From assembly GCA_016213775.1 (NCBI GenBank), contig JACQZR010000126.1:16-64015 (forward strand): a stretch of DNA of 64,000 bases, given 5' to 3'. Source of the stretch: Acidobacteriota bacterium (GTDB lineage Bacteria > Acidobacteriota > Terriglobia > Bryobacterales > Bryobacteraceae). The position numbers were made by a program, and so were the translations under genes. Of the stretch, positions 52,928 through 62,941 are shown one piece after another; position 1 is the stretch's first letter; the number at the start of each line of letters is the position of its first letter. The notes beneath the pieces were generated by a model. That model saw nothing but the letters and a program-made list of their open reading frames with translations. It was not told the origin of the DNA and did not search any database.

Positions 52928-54259
52928 ATGGAATCCATGTGGATCCGGATATTGGTCAGTCTTTTCCTGCTCGCATCTCATGCGGCGGCGCTCGACGTCA
53001 CGACGCAGGCGGACGCTTTCGTACAGGCCTTTGTCACGCAGAAACGCTTTCAGGGATCGGTCCTCGTGGCGCGCGAAGGCAAGCCCTTGTTCCGCAAAAG
53101 CTATGGCCTCGCGAATGTCGAATGGGATGCCGCCAACACGCCCGATACCAAGTTCCGCCTCGGGTCAATCAGCAAGCAGTTCACGGCGGTGTTGATCCTG
53201 CAGTTGGCAGAACAGGGCAAACTGAAACTCGAGGATTCCGTCCGCAAATACTATCCCGATGGCCCTGCGAGTTGGGACGCGGTCACTATTCATCATCTGC
53301 TGTCCCATCAATCCGGCATTCCGAGTTACACTGAGCTCCCCGGTTTCTTTCGCAAGCTGGCCGGCACCGCGCGCACTCCCGCCGAGATCGTGCAACTCAC
53401 CCAGGACAAGCCCCTCGAGTTCGATCCAGGGACGAAGTACAAGTACGACAACACCGGCTACGTGCTGCTCGGCTACGTCATTGAGAAAGTGTCGGGCCGT
53501 TCCTACGAAGAGCAATTGCAGAAAGCTATTCTCGAGCCGGTTGGCATGAAGGACACCGGCTTTGACCATTACGAAACCATTCTGCGGCACCGCGCCGAAG
53601 GCTATCAATACGCCAAAGGAGAACTGGCCCGCGCACAGTTTCTCGACATGTCGCTGCCGCACGCGGCCGGCTCCCTCTACTCCACCGTGGATGATCTCGT
53701 GAAGTGGGACGACGCCCTATACGGAACCAAAGTGCTCAGCGAAGCCTCGAAGGACAAGGCATGGAAAGAGAACCGCAATCGCTACGGCTATGGCTGGGTC
53801 ATGGGCACGCGGCACGGCAAATCCACCATCGAGCACGGCGGTGGCATCAACGGCTTCAACACAATGTTGATCCGTGTACCGTCTGAGAAACTGGTGGCGG
53901 TAGCGCTCTCGAACGTGAATACGCAGGCGGTGGGCGCGATTGCCGATGGATTGCTCGGAATGGCACTGGGTAAGACTGTCGAACCGCCGAGGCAGCGCGT
54001 GCGCATCGGCCTGTTGCCCGAACAGATGAAGCCCTTTGAAGGGGTCTACGTGGGCCAGGGCACGCTCAAGATGACCGTAACGTTGGAGGGCGATCACCTG
54101 CGAGTGCAGGCAACCGGCCAGGGCCCGGCGCAGGCGCTCCCCATGAGTCCCACGCGCTTCTTCAACGATCAGGCGAACGCGGAACTCGAATTTGAGAAAG
54201 ACGGTTCGGGGTTCACTTTATATCAGGGCGGCGCCGCAAGGAAGTTCCGCCGCGAGTAG
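52928..54259 (+). CDS. serine hydrolase, class C beta-lactamase/PBP4-like family
   Basis: It has SISKQFTA (SxxK), YDNTGY (YxN) and the signal peptide MESMWIRILVSLFLLASHAAA. ATG 52889 and ATG 52937 are alternative starts. Confidence 0.88.
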   Translation: MESMWIRILVSLFLLASHAAALDVTTQADAFVQAFVTQKRFQGSVLVAREGKPLFRKSYGLANVEWDAANTPDTKFRLGSISKQFTAVLILQLAEQGKLKLEDSVRKYYPDGPASWDAVTIHHLLSHQSGIPSYTELPGFFRKLAGTARTPAEIVQLTQDKPLEFDPGTKYKYDNTGYVLLGYVIEKVSGRSYEEQLQKAILEPVGMKDTGFDHYETILRHRAEGYQYAKGELARAQFLDMSLPHAAGSLYSTVDDLVKWDDALYGTKVLSEASKDKAWKENRNRYGYGWVMGTRHGKSTIEHGGGINGFNTMLIRVPSEKLVAVALSNVNTQAVGAIADGLLGMALGKTVEPPRQRVRIGLLPEQMKPFEGVYVGQGTLKMTVTLEGDHLRVQATGQGPAQALPMSPTRFFNDQANAELEFEKDGSGFTLYQGGAARKFRRE

Positions 54260-54291
54260 CGGCGGGACAAAGAATCTGGCATAAACGAAGT

Positions 54292-54888
54292 ATGACGGTG
54301 ATGTCCTCCACAGCCCGGATCAGCAACGAGCCCGGACGCAAGCTCTGCACCCGCGAGGAAACGCGGAGCCTCGAGGATCTTGGCTTGTTCGAAGGTAAAC
54401 GCTACGAACTGATCGAAGGGGAGCTGATCAACAAGATTGGCCAGAAGCCTCCACACGCCTACGCAATGCAGGTGGCCGTCGAACTGCTGGCTGAGATCTT
54501 CGGAGCCGGGCGTGTGCGCTGTCAGATGCCCGTCGAGGTGGCGGACGAGGACCGTTTGCACAACGAACCGGAACCGGACATCAGTGTCACGCGCGAGAAG
54601 CCGGGCGCGTATCGCGGAAGCCACCCCGGAGGGAACGACCTTCTCCTCCTTGTGGAGGTGGCGGACACTTCCATGCGCCGTGATCTAAAGGTGAAGCCCG
54701 GTCTCTATGCGCGTGCCGGTGTCCGCGAGTATTGGGTCGTGTCCATCAAGCGAGCCAGCGTGATCGTGCATCGCAGTCCTGAATCGGGGAAGTACACGGA
54801 TGTGCGTGAATACGTCGCCGGCGACAGTGTCGCCACGCTTTCGTCGCCCACCAGGCAGATCGCCGTCAGCAGCCTCTTCTCCGAATAA
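54292..54888 (+). CDS. Uma2-family (DUF820) endonuclease
   Basis: The sequence reads YELIEGELI...PPHAYAM...EPEPDISV...LLLLVEVADTS...K...YARAGVREYWVV. Confidence 0.88.
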   Translation: MTVMSSTARISNEPGRKLCTREETRSLEDLGLFEGKRYELIEGELINKIGQKPPHAYAMQVAVELLAEIFGAGRVRCQMPVEVADEDRLHNEPEPDISVTREKPGAYRGSHPGGNDLLLLVEVADTSMRRDLKVKPGLYARAGVREYWVVSIKRASVIVHRSPESGKYTDVREYVAGDSVATLSSPTRQIAVSSLFSE

Positions 54889-57800
54889 TCACTCGTTGCG
54901 CCCAGCCCACTCCTTCACGCGCATCACCGACGCCTCCAGGTCCTCGCGGATTTCGTAAACCCAGAACCGCATCACATCCCACCCCAGGTCTCCCAATCGC
55001 CGCGACCGGATCTGGTCGCGCCTGCACAACTCGCCATCCCAATTGCGATGGTAGTTCTCTCCGTCCACTTCGATATCGAGCTTACGATGCGCCGCGAACA
55101 GTGCGAAATCCAAAGTGAATGGCGCCTCCTCATACTGCGGAACGGGGCGCAGACCGGCGCTGTACAAGGCACGGTAGAAGACCCGCTCCCAATCGGACAC
55201 CAGATCCGGTCTGCCGACTGGCGGATATTCCGGGCCCGGGTCCGCATCCTCACCCGCGGGCAGCGGCGCCCCGGTGAGACCCTCGGAGTACTCAGCGAAA
55301 CTCGCCAGGTAACCAACACCCGATTCGAGCGCGGCGCGCCTGTCCCCCACCACCACCAATTCCGACCTCGCCCGCGTCACCGCAACATTGAATAGATTGC
55401 CATGGGTATTCAGGAATCGCAGCGTGTGTGTGCCGACGCCCATCGAAACCACCGGTGAGAAGAAAATTACGTCACGTTCATCGCCCTGAAATCCGTGAAC
55501 CGTATCAACCACGAACTGCGCCGGACCAAGCCGCGAAGCCAGCTCCTTGTGCTGCATCACCAGCGTGCGAATGCGATTCGCCTGGGCGCGAAATGGCGTC
55601 ACCACCCCAATCGCGCCATCAAACTCCTGCTCCACAACAAGTGCATGTATCGACTGCACCACGGCATCCGCTTCCACGGGATTGATAGCTCCTCCGCCGG
55701 GCGGCCGTACCACCTTCCCCACCACATCCACCCATCGCACCGCGGGCTCGTTCCCAATTTCGCTGTCGCGCGGACGCACCAGCTCATCATGCTTGGTGGC
55801 GATTCGCAGCCCGCCGCGATAGAAATGCCGGTTGCTGAAGGAAATGATGTCGCGATGGGAGCGGTGATGGTCGCGAAGATTGACAAGGTCCTCATGGCGG
55901 CACAGGCTCCGCGCTACATCAAAGAGCGAATTCACGGAATAGGCCCACACCGCGTGCCCCTCGGCCAGCCCATGAGCGGCCAGTCCCAGCCGGTCCTGTT
56001 GCGGACCCACAGTGCTCACGTGCCTGAGCTGCAGCGGGTCGCCGATGACCACCGCGCGGCGCGCCCGAAACAACAGCGGTAGTGCCGACGCGATATCGCA
56101 CTGGCTGGCTTCGTCGATGACAACGAGATCGAACAGCGCCGGCTCAAAAGGAAGCCGTCCGCGCGCCGAAAGCGACGTCACCGCCCAGCATGGCAACGTC
56201 TGCGCCACCTTCGGGAACAGGCTGTAGTAACGGCGGAACACGCGCTTTCCGGCGCCATCTTCAAAACGTTCTCCGCCGGCGATGATCTGCAGCAGGGACA
56301 AATACTCACTCAGCAGTTTTCGCTCGGCGGGGTTCCAGCGGCTGGGCCACAACCGCAGCCAGCATTGATAGAGCTCCCGTGCGTTGGCCGACGATTCCTC
56401 AGTGATTCGCGTCAGCTCGCAAATCAGGTTCTCGATCGGTTCTGACTGCCGCAGCCGGGCGTAGCCTTGCCAGTAGGCCGTGACACGCGCGGCCGCATCG
56501 CAGCGATCCTGCATCTGACGGTGGAAAGCGGTCCAGCGCGGCAAGGTGGCCGGGGCCGGCACATCGCCCGGCATCTCCAGACCAAGCGCCGCGGCATCCG
56601 CCACAAGCATCCCTGCCGCTTCCGCGATTCGCTCAAACCGGTTGCCCTGGATGGATTCGAGTAATCGCCGCACAACCGCGGGCTGGCCCAATTCGCTCAC
56701 GCCTTCCAGCAATGCTGCGAAGCCCGCAAGCCGCTGCTGCATCGGCTCCACATCGAGTGAACGCATCGCGCGGAAGCGTTCGGGGCCAAAATGCAGCCGC
56801 GCCGTCTCCGCCCCGCGCTCCCACTCGTCCACTGCATTGCGCATCGCCACCGTGCCCTCGATGGCCTGCTCGATCTCGGCAAAGCGCAATTGACTCTGCG
56901 TGTGCGCGCGCTTCAGCCATGCGAACCGTTCGTTGTCTCCAGGCCGCGAGGATTCCGACAAGCCTGACGTGAGCGTCTGCGCGATGCGGGCGTGATGCTC
57001 GCCCTTGCCCAAACGCAGCAGTACCGGATAGGCACCGAGGTTGTTGACGCGTGCCTCCACCACATCCACCGCGTGGTTATTCTTACTCGAAAAGAGCACT
57101 CCACGCCCCTGCCACGCCATGTTCGTCAACAGCGACGTCACCACTTGCGATTTGCCCGTGCCCGGAGGGCCGGTCACAACTGTCAGCGGCGCGGTGAGTC
57201 CCTGCAGCACCGCTTGTCGTTGCTCCGTATTCAACGGGACCACCTCCATCAGCGATGTTCCTTCTGCCGCCGTGTGATTGAACTCCGCCTTCATCCAGGC
57301 CCCAAGCGCCGTCCCATGGATGGCCTCCTCCTCGAGTTGAGCCAGTTTGTGGAGCTCCACCTCCAGGCCGTATGTGAACGGAGATCGCGTCCCGGCGAAG
57401 AGGATCGCGCGGTTGTAGATCCCGGGCTTGCGCAAATCACCTACTGGCGGATCGGACCCGAGCGCGTAGGGCTGCAAGTCTTCCGCCCAATTCCAATCGG
57501 GACGGCACCGCTGCAGGCGCAGGATGATCTCGTCCCAGTGCGGCAGGTCTTCGTCCGGATTGGCCAGTCCCAGTTCTTCGGAAAGGTGAATCGCTTCGTC
57601 GAGAATGTTGCCGCTGTCCACCGCGAGGAGCGCCTTCAACACATCCAGGTTGAAGAGCGGTATGCCGGTGGCCGGCCGCAGCAGCTCCTCAGCATCATCG
57701 CTGTCCTCGATTGGATAGAGCAGGATGGGCTCGAGCCGCACGTCATCGTCGTTGCGCGCCACCCACGTTCGCACCCTCACCGCATAGCCAACGTAGAGCG

Positions 57801-58236
57801 ACAACTGCCCTCGTTCCTTGCGGACCTTTTGTACAATTCGCCGCGCTCTACGATCCGCCGCCGGAACCGAACCGTCCTCGCGTTGAAAGGGCAGCTCCGC
57901 CAACGGGACATAACCGTTCGTATCGCCGGCATGGAGGCTCACACCTGTGACGCTCTCTCTCGCCAGACACTCCAGATAGTAGCCGCAGAGCCGCGAGAGA
58001 AAACTCTTCCGCGCGGACGCCGGCGGGTGTGCGGCTGCCGTTCCGCGCGAAGCGAGCCACCAGCGATACGACGAATCCTGGCGCATCGACTTGCCCGCTT
58101 CGCCGTGCAAGAGCCCCATCACCACTGGCCGCGCCAGCCCCAGCTCCTCAGCAATCTGTTGCGCTTTGCGTCCAGGCTTCTGCGCCAGCAGGTCCAGTAT
58201 TCGTTCGAGATCGGTCATCAAGGCTATCTTCGTCAC
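54889..58236 (-). CDS. wHTH + SF1 (Dna2/Upf1-like) helicase + C-terminal DUF559/Vsr-like endonuclease fusion
   Basis: It has an N-terminal wHTH (LLAQKPGRKAQQIAEELGLARPVV). Helicase motifs are GPPGTGKS, VVIDEASQ, GDPLQLRHV, VDTVHGFQGDERDVIFFS and NVAVTRAR. The C-terminal PD-(D/E)xK-like region reads LDIEVDGENYH...WDVMRFWVYEI. The start is GTG 58236 or ATG 58218. Confidence 0.88.
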   Translation of the reverse strand: MTKIALMTDLERILDLLAQKPGRKAQQIAEELGLARPVVMGLLHGEAGKSMRQDSSYRWWLASRGTAAAHPPASARKSFLSRLCGYYLECLARESVTGVSLHAGDTNGYVPLAELPFQREDGSVPAADRRARRIVQKVRKERGQLSLYVGYAVRVRTWVARNDDDVRLEPILLYPIEDSDDAEELLRPATGIPLFNLDVLKALLAVDSGNILDEAIHLSEELGLANPDEDLPHWDEIILRLQRCRPDWNWAEDLQPYALGSDPPVGDLRKPGIYNRAILFAGTRSPFTYGLEVELHKLAQLEEEAIHGTALGAWMKAEFNHTAAEGTSLMEVVPLNTEQRQAVLQGLTAPLTVVTGPPGTGKSQVVTSLLTNMAWQGRGVLFSSKNNHAVDVVEARVNNLGAYPVLLRLGKGEHHARIAQTLTSGLSESSRPGDNERFAWLKRAHTQSQLRFAEIEQAIEGTVAMRNAVDEWERGAETARLHFGPERFRAMRSLDVEPMQQRLAGFAALLEGVSELGQPAVVRRLLESIQGNRFERIAEAAGMLVADAAALGLEMPGDVPAPATLPRWTAFHRQMQDRCDAAARVTAYWQGYARLRQSEPIENLICELTRITEESSANARELYQCWLRLWPSRWNPAERKLLSEYLSLLQIIAGGERFEDGAGKRVFRRYYSLFPKVAQTLPCWAVTSLSARGRLPFEPALFDLVVIDEASQCDIASALPLLFRARRAVVIGDPLQLRHVSTVGPQQDRLGLAAHGLAEGHAVWAYSVNSLFDVARSLCRHEDLVNLRDHHRSHRDIISFSNRHFYRGGLRIATKHDELVRPRDSEIGNEPAVRWVDVVGKVVRPPGGGAINPVEADAVVQSIHALVVEQEFDGAIGVVTPFRAQANRIRTLVMQHKELASRLGPAQFVVDTVHGFQGDERDVIFFSPVVSMGVGTHTLRFLNTHGNLFNVAVTRARSELVVVGDRRAALESGVGYLASFAEYSEGLTGAPLPAGEDADPGPEYPPVGRPDLVSDWERVFYRALYSAGLRPVPQYEEAPFTLDFALFAAHRKLDIEVDGENYHRNWDGELCRRDQIRSRRLGDLGWDVMRFWVYEIREDLEASVMRVKEWAGRNE

Positions 58237-58242
58237 GTTCCC

Positions 58243-59637
58243 TTATTTGGAGGCCACACCAAAACAGTAGACCGCCCCGCGCGTGCGAATGAAAATGCGA
58301 TTGTCCGCGATGGCCGGTGTCGCAAATACCTCCTCATTCAGATCATTCACCGCCATTACTTCCCACTCCGCCGCTGCCTTTAACACGTTCACTTTGCCGG
58401 AAGCGCTCACGAAGTACAACTTCCCTCCGGCGGCCACCGGCGAGGCCCAGTGCTCCTCAATCGCATCCTTCGCGCGGCCCGCCTTCAACGTCTTGCCCGA
58501 TTGCGCGTCCACCGAAACTATGATCCCGCCGCCTTTGCTGAAGTAAAGGGTCCCGCCAAGCACGACCGCGGTGGAGAGGTTCGGCCAAGTCTTCTTCTCC
58601 TGCCATGCCACGCCCGTCGGAGTGACGTCGCCGCGGCCTCCGAGTTTCATCGCAACCATGCCCCACCGTGAGTTGCCCGCCTCCCGGAATGGATCGTACT
58701 CGGCCCGTTCCATATACCCGTTTGAGTCCAGATCCACCGCGCCGAAATCGTCATCGAAGGGCGAACCCTTCAACTCCTCCTTCGAGAGGCGTCCGTCCTT
58801 GTCCTTGTCGAGTTTCTCCAGAAAAGAATCGAAGGTCGGCATCGGCGCATCCATGCCGAACGACGACCCGATCAGCAAGTCTCCCGAGATGACCGGCGAC
58901 GCGATCGGATACGTGGACAACCCCGTGAAATACCACACACGCTCGCCCGTCGAGACCTGATAAGCATCCACCCGCTGCGGACCCCAGACAACAACCTGCT
59001 CCGGTTGATTCGCGGGCTTGTAGACCACCGGAGTCGTGTACCCCTCGAAGCGGATTTCCTTTCGTTCCGCTCGCCACCTGGTGCGGCCGTTGCGAGTGTC
59101 CACCGCGAGCAGAAATGCTTTGCTCCGCGCGTCGCAATTGAGCAGCAGGGTATCACCGGAAATCACCGGCGAACTGGCCAGTCCATAGAACGAATCGAAG
59201 GGCCCCAGAGTCACGCGCCACCGCTCCTTGCCCTGTGCATCGTAGGACACCAGTCCGAAATCAGGAAAGAAGGCATACACGTTTCGGCCGTCGCTGGCCG
59301 GTGTCGGCGATGCCGGGTCGTTCGATTTGTGTGGCTGTTTCGCCGTTGGTCTCGAGATTTCGTTGCGCCACAGCACGCGCCCGCTGCCCGCATCCAGCGC
59401 CATCGTGATGAGGTTGTTGTTCTCGTATGCCGTGAGATAAACGCGTCCGCCCGCGACAATCGGCGACGACCGGCTGAACGGAACCGCGGTCTTCCACACC
59501 ATCTTCTTGCCCGCGCCAAATTCGACCGGTGTCGCCGAAGATGCGGACACTCCCGCGCCGTTCGGCCCGTGGAACCGCGGCCAGTCTTCCGCCCATGCAC
59601 AACAGCTCAAAACCACGATCGTGAAAACGGTGCGCAT
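58243..59637 (-). CDS. PQQ-like (BamB-type) beta-propeller with EF-hand pair, paralogue 2
   Basis: It has a signal peptide and WPRFHGPNGAG. EF-hand loops are DKDKDGRLSKEE and DLDSNGYMERAE. It is collinear with 20645-22054. Confidence 0.85.
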   Translation of the reverse strand: MRTVFTIVVLSCCAWAEDWPRFHGPNGAGVSASSATPVEFGAGKKMVWKTAVPFSRSSPIVAGGRVYLTAYENNNLITMALDAGSGRVLWRNEISRPTAKQPHKSNDPASPTPASDGRNVYAFFPDFGLVSYDAQGKERWRVTLGPFDSFYGLASSPVISGDTLLLNCDARSKAFLLAVDTRNGRTRWRAERKEIRFEGYTTPVVYKPANQPEQVVVWGPQRVDAYQVSTGERVWYFTGLSTYPIASPVISGDLLIGSSFGMDAPMPTFDSFLEKLDKDKDGRLSKEELKGSPFDDDFGAVDLDSNGYMERAEYDPFREAGNSRWGMVAMKLGGRGDVTPTGVAWQEKKTWPNLSTAVVLGGTLYFSKGGGIIVSVDAQSGKTLKAGRAKDAIEEHWASPVAAGGKLYFVSASGKVNVLKAAAEWEVMAVNDLNEEVFATPAIADNRIFIRTRGAVYCFGVASK

Positions 59638-59646
59638 TGTTCGAGT

Positions 59647-60420
59647 CTAGCCGATGGGACCCACCTTCGCCGGTATCGGTACCGACAGATTCCGGCTCGA
59701 CGTTCGCGCGTCCAGCCGCTGCCAGCCCGTCGCTTCCGCCCCGGCATAGTGCAGCCGGTAGCACAGCGAATCCCCTGTCCGCGCCCGCGCCGAAAAGATC
59801 CATCCCGCTTCGCCATTCAACGACTTCCTGCTTAGCATCAGGCACTCGTCGCAGCTAGGTTCTCCCAATCGCAGTTCCACTTCCACATCCACACGCGCCG
59901 GATTGGAAAACTCCACACGGAATAGCAACTCCTCCCCCGCGCTGCTCTCTGTCCGCCGGGCCACAACCGTGGTACGCATTCGTGCCGCGCCGCCTCTCCA
60001 ATCAATCACCCGGTCATCCTTTATCGCCGAGCCTTCCCTGCCGTTGCCGGACGCCCACACATAACCGTGCCGCCCCAGGCCCGTATACGCTCCCGTACGT
60101 AGCATGTTCAGAATACCGAGCACCCTCGCCATCAGCGAAGCCGACCTCCGCACCTCCGCGAAAGCGGTTCTTCCGCTGCCGTCCGTGCGCCGTTCCTCGT
60201 GACATTGTGCCGCCCCGCCAATCACGTTCACCAGTGCGTAGTGGCGACAGTGTCGCTGAACGTCCATCCCCGCCAGCGCGCGATGCCGCCCGTCCACCAC
60301 CGTCACTTCCCACGCCGGACACAACACATAAGGAAACGGCACACACGCGGCCGCTAGAAGCGTACCCACTATCAGCAGCCGCTTCTTTGGCGCCGGCAGT
60401 GACCTCCAACGGTGGAGCAC
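59647..60420 (-). CDS. membrane-anchored hypothetical protein
   Basis: GTG start. It has one N-terminal TM helix (LLIVGTLLAAACVPF). Its stop lies 9 nt before the propeller gene. No family recognised. Confidence 0.55.
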   Translation of the reverse strand: MLHRWRSLPAPKKRLLIVGTLLAAACVPFPYVLCPAWEVTVVDGRHRALAGMDVQRHCRHYALVNVIGGAAQCHEERRTDGSGRTAFAEVRRSASLMARVLGILNMLRTGAYTGLGRHGYVWASGNGREGSAIKDDRVIDWRGGAARMRTTVVARRTESSAGEELLFRVEFSNPARVDVEVELRLGEPSCDECLMLSRKSLNGEAGWIFSARARTGDSLCYRLHYAGAEATGWQRLDARTSSRNLSVPIPAKVGPIG

Positions 60421-60476
60421 GGCGAACAGTCTACAGGATTCCTTTCACGGTGATAAGCCTCCCTTCAAAAAAGGTA

Positions 60477-60505
60477 TTGCGTATCTGCGATCAATATGAT
60501 ATCAT
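60477..60505 (+). promoter_or_regulatory. sigma70-like promoter with palindrome over the -10
   Basis: TTGCGT (60477-60482), a 17-nt spacer and TATCAT (60500-60505). The perfect palindrome ATGATATCAT lies at 60496-60505. AAAGGAG precedes ATG 60530. Confidence 0.45.
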
Positions 60506-60529
60506 TTCAATAGTAAAAGGAGATCACTC

Positions 60530-61402
60530 ATGAATCGCGAAATCCTTCGCACTCCCCTTTCCGGGATCCCCATGCTCTTTGTGTTTTTCGGCGTCATAGC
60601 CGCCTGCATCTATAGTTTCGTCAACATCGCCCGCACCGACGGCGAAGGAGGCCCTATGCCCATCCTCGCCACCGTGGTCGTGCTGGCGGTGACCATCATC
60701 TGCCTCACTGGAATGTTTACGGTTGCCCCCAACGACGGGCAAGTGTTGCTGCTGTTCGGCAAGTATGTAGGGACGGTCCGCAAGACCGGGCTGCAGTGGG
60801 CCAATCCCTTTTATCAGAAGAAACGCGTGTCGTTGCGCGTGCGCAATTTCGAAACACAGCACCTTAAGGTGAACGATCACGACGGCAACCCGATCGAGAT
60901 CGCCGCCGTGGTGGTGTGGAGAGTCGTGGACACGGCCGAGGCTGTTTTCGAAGTGGACAACTACGAGAATTTCGTGCATGTGCAAAGTGAATCGGCGTTA
61001 CGCAACATGGCCACGGCCTATGCCTACGATTCGCATGATGGGGGAGTGTCCTTGCGCGGCAGCACCCCGGAAATCGCTGAGCATCTGAAGAAAGAGATTC
61101 AGGATCGTCTCGCCAAGGCCGGCGTGGAAGTGATGGAATCCCGCATCACGCACCTTGCTTATGCTCCCGAAATTGCCGCGGCGATGTTGCAGCGTCAACA
61201 GGCATCAGCCATCATTGCGGCTCGTCAGAAAATAGTGGACGGCGCTGTCGGGATGGTGGAAATGGCGCTCGAACGGCTGGCCAGGAACAACGTCGTCTCC
61301 CTCGACGAAGAGCGCAAGGCCGCTATGGTGAGCAACCTTTTGGTGGTTCTGTGCGGCGAGCGTTCCACCCAGCCCGTGATCAACGCCGGATCGATCTATT
61401 GA
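60530..61402 (+). CDS. SPFH/Band-7 domain membrane protein
   Basis: Two N-terminal TM helices are followed by an SPFH core ([17 protein letters not shown]...[15 protein letters not shown]...) and a coiled-coil tail. Confidence 0.88.
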   Translation: MNREILRTPLSGIPMLFVFFGVIAACIYSFVNIARTDGEGGPMPILATVVVLAVTIICLTGMFTVAPNDGQVLLLFGKYVGTVRKTGLQWANPFYQKKRVSLRVRNFETQHLKVNDHDGNPIEIAAVVVWRVVDTAEAVFEVDNYENFVHVQSESALRNMATAYAYDSHDGGVSLRGSTPEIAEHLKKEIQDRLAKAGVEVMESRITHLAYAPEIAAAMLQRQQASAIIAARQKIVDGAVGMVEMALERLARNNVVSLDEERKAAMVSNLLVVLCGERSTQPVINAGSIY

Positions 61403-61422
61403 GCTGTCAGCGATAGCCGCCT

Positions 61423-61614
61423 ATGCCGGAGAACAGCCGCAAATCGTTTCTGATCCGTATCGACGCCGATACGCTCGACGCCTTGCGCCGATGGGCCGAC
61501 GATGACTTCCGCAGCCTCAACGGCCAGATCGAGTTTATCTTGCGCAAGGCGTTGAAGGAGAGCGGCCGTATCAAGGGAAAGGAGCCAGGGAAGGATCGGT
61601 CAACCGCGGAATGA
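61423..61614 (+). CDS. Arc-like ribbon-helix-helix DNA-binding protein
   Basis: SFLIRIDADTLDALRRWADDDFRSLNGQIEFILRKAL matches the Arc/RHH pattern (beta strand then two helices). Confidence 0.75.
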   Translation: MPENSRKSFLIRIDADTLDALRRWADDDFRSLNGQIEFILRKALKESGRIKGKEPGKDRSTAE

Positions 61615-61618
61615 CCCT

Positions 61619-62929
61619 TCACCCTCTCCCTAAATAGACAAAACGAACGAGGAACAATACCGCCAGCACATACACCAGCCAGTTCACTTCGCGGAACCGG
61701 CCGCTCACCACACGCAGCAGAACGTACGCCAGGAATCCGATCGCCAGCCCGTTGGCGATCGAGAAGGTCAGCGGAATCGTGAGCAGTGTGAGAAACGCCG
61801 GAATGGCGATGAGCGGATCGCGCCATTCGATCTCGCTGACATGCGACATCATCAACGATCCCACCAGGATCAAAGCGGGTGCCGTCGCCGCCGCGGGAAT
61901 CGTTCCGAACAGTGGTGCAATGAATGCCGCTACTAGAAACAGTACTCCCGCCACGATTGCAGTCACGCCCGTACGCCCGCCGGCTGCCACTCCCGAGGCG
62001 CTCTCGATATAGCTCACCACCGTCGATGTTCCCAGCAGGGAACCTGCAATCGTGCCCACCGAGTCGGTAATCAGGATGCGCTCAATTCGCGGAATGCGGT
62101 TCGCCGAATCAAACAACCCTGCTTTCTTCCCAACCCCCACCAGCGTACCCAGGTTATCGAACAAATCCACAAACAGAAACACGAAGATGATCTCCAGAAA
62201 CCCGAGTTTCACCGTGGCCGCGATGTCCAGTTGCAGGAAAGTTCCGCCCAGCGCGGTTAAGTGTTGCGACGCACCCGACAACCGTGCCTGCCCTGTCAAC
62301 AGCGCCGCCACCGTCGTTACGCCGATGCCAATCAGGATTGCCAGATGGTTGCCACGCGCCAGAAGCGCAGCCATCAAAATCAGTCCGCCAATGGCCAGCG
62401 CTGTCGACGGCTGCTGCAGATTGCCCATCGTGACGAACGTCGATGGATTGGCCACCACCAGCCCCGCGTTCTTCAGTCCAATAAAGGCAATGAACAACCC
62501 GATCCCAGCCGCTACCGCCGCGTACAACTCCGTCGGAATCGCCGCGACGATCAGTTGTCGTATCCCGGTCAGCGTGAGCAGGAGAAAAAGGATGCCGGAA
62601 AAGAACACCGCCCCGAGTGCAGCCTGCCACGGTATCCCCATCCCCTTCACCACCACGTAGGTGAAGTAGGCGTTCAACCCCATGCCCGGCGCCAGAGCGA
62701 TCGGATAGCGCGCGTATGCCCCCATCAGAATCGACCCGAATGCCGCCGCCAGGCACGTCGCCGTCGTGACTGCCGCAACCGGCATCCCCGTCTCCGCCAG
62801 AATCGCCGGGTTGACGAAGATGATGTACGCCATCGTCAGAAACGTCGTACAGCCGGCCAGGATTTCCGTTCTCCAATCCGTGCCGAGCCGCTGGAATTCG
62901 AAATAGGAAGCGAGCGTGGACGCAGCCAT
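61619..62929 (-). CDS. NCS2-family purine permease (AzgA/PbuG-like)
   Basis: The sequence reads YFEFQRLGTDWRTEILAGCTTFLTMAYIIFVNP and the protein has about 12-14 TM helices. Confidence 0.9.
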   Translation of the reverse strand: MAASTLASYFEFQRLGTDWRTEILAGCTTFLTMAYIIFVNPAILAETGMPVAAVTTATCLAAAFGSILMGAYARYPIALAPGMGLNAYFTYVVVKGMGIPWQAALGAVFFSGILFLLLTLTGIRQLIVAAIPTELYAAVAAGIGLFIAFIGLKNAGLVVANPSTFVTMGNLQQPSTALAIGGLILMAALLARGNHLAILIGIGVTTVAALLTGQARLSGASQHLTALGGTFLQLDIAATVKLGFLEIIFVFLFVDLFDNLGTLVGVGKKAGLFDSANRIPRIERILITDSVGTIAGSLLGTSTVVSYIESASGVAAGGRTGVTAIVAGVLFLVAAFIAPLFGTIPAAATAPALILVGSLMMSHVSEIEWRDPLIAIPAFLTLLTIPLTFSIANGLAIGFLAYVLLRVVSGRFREVNWLVYVLAVLFLVRFVYLGRG

Positions 62930-62941
62930 CTTGTCAGGATC

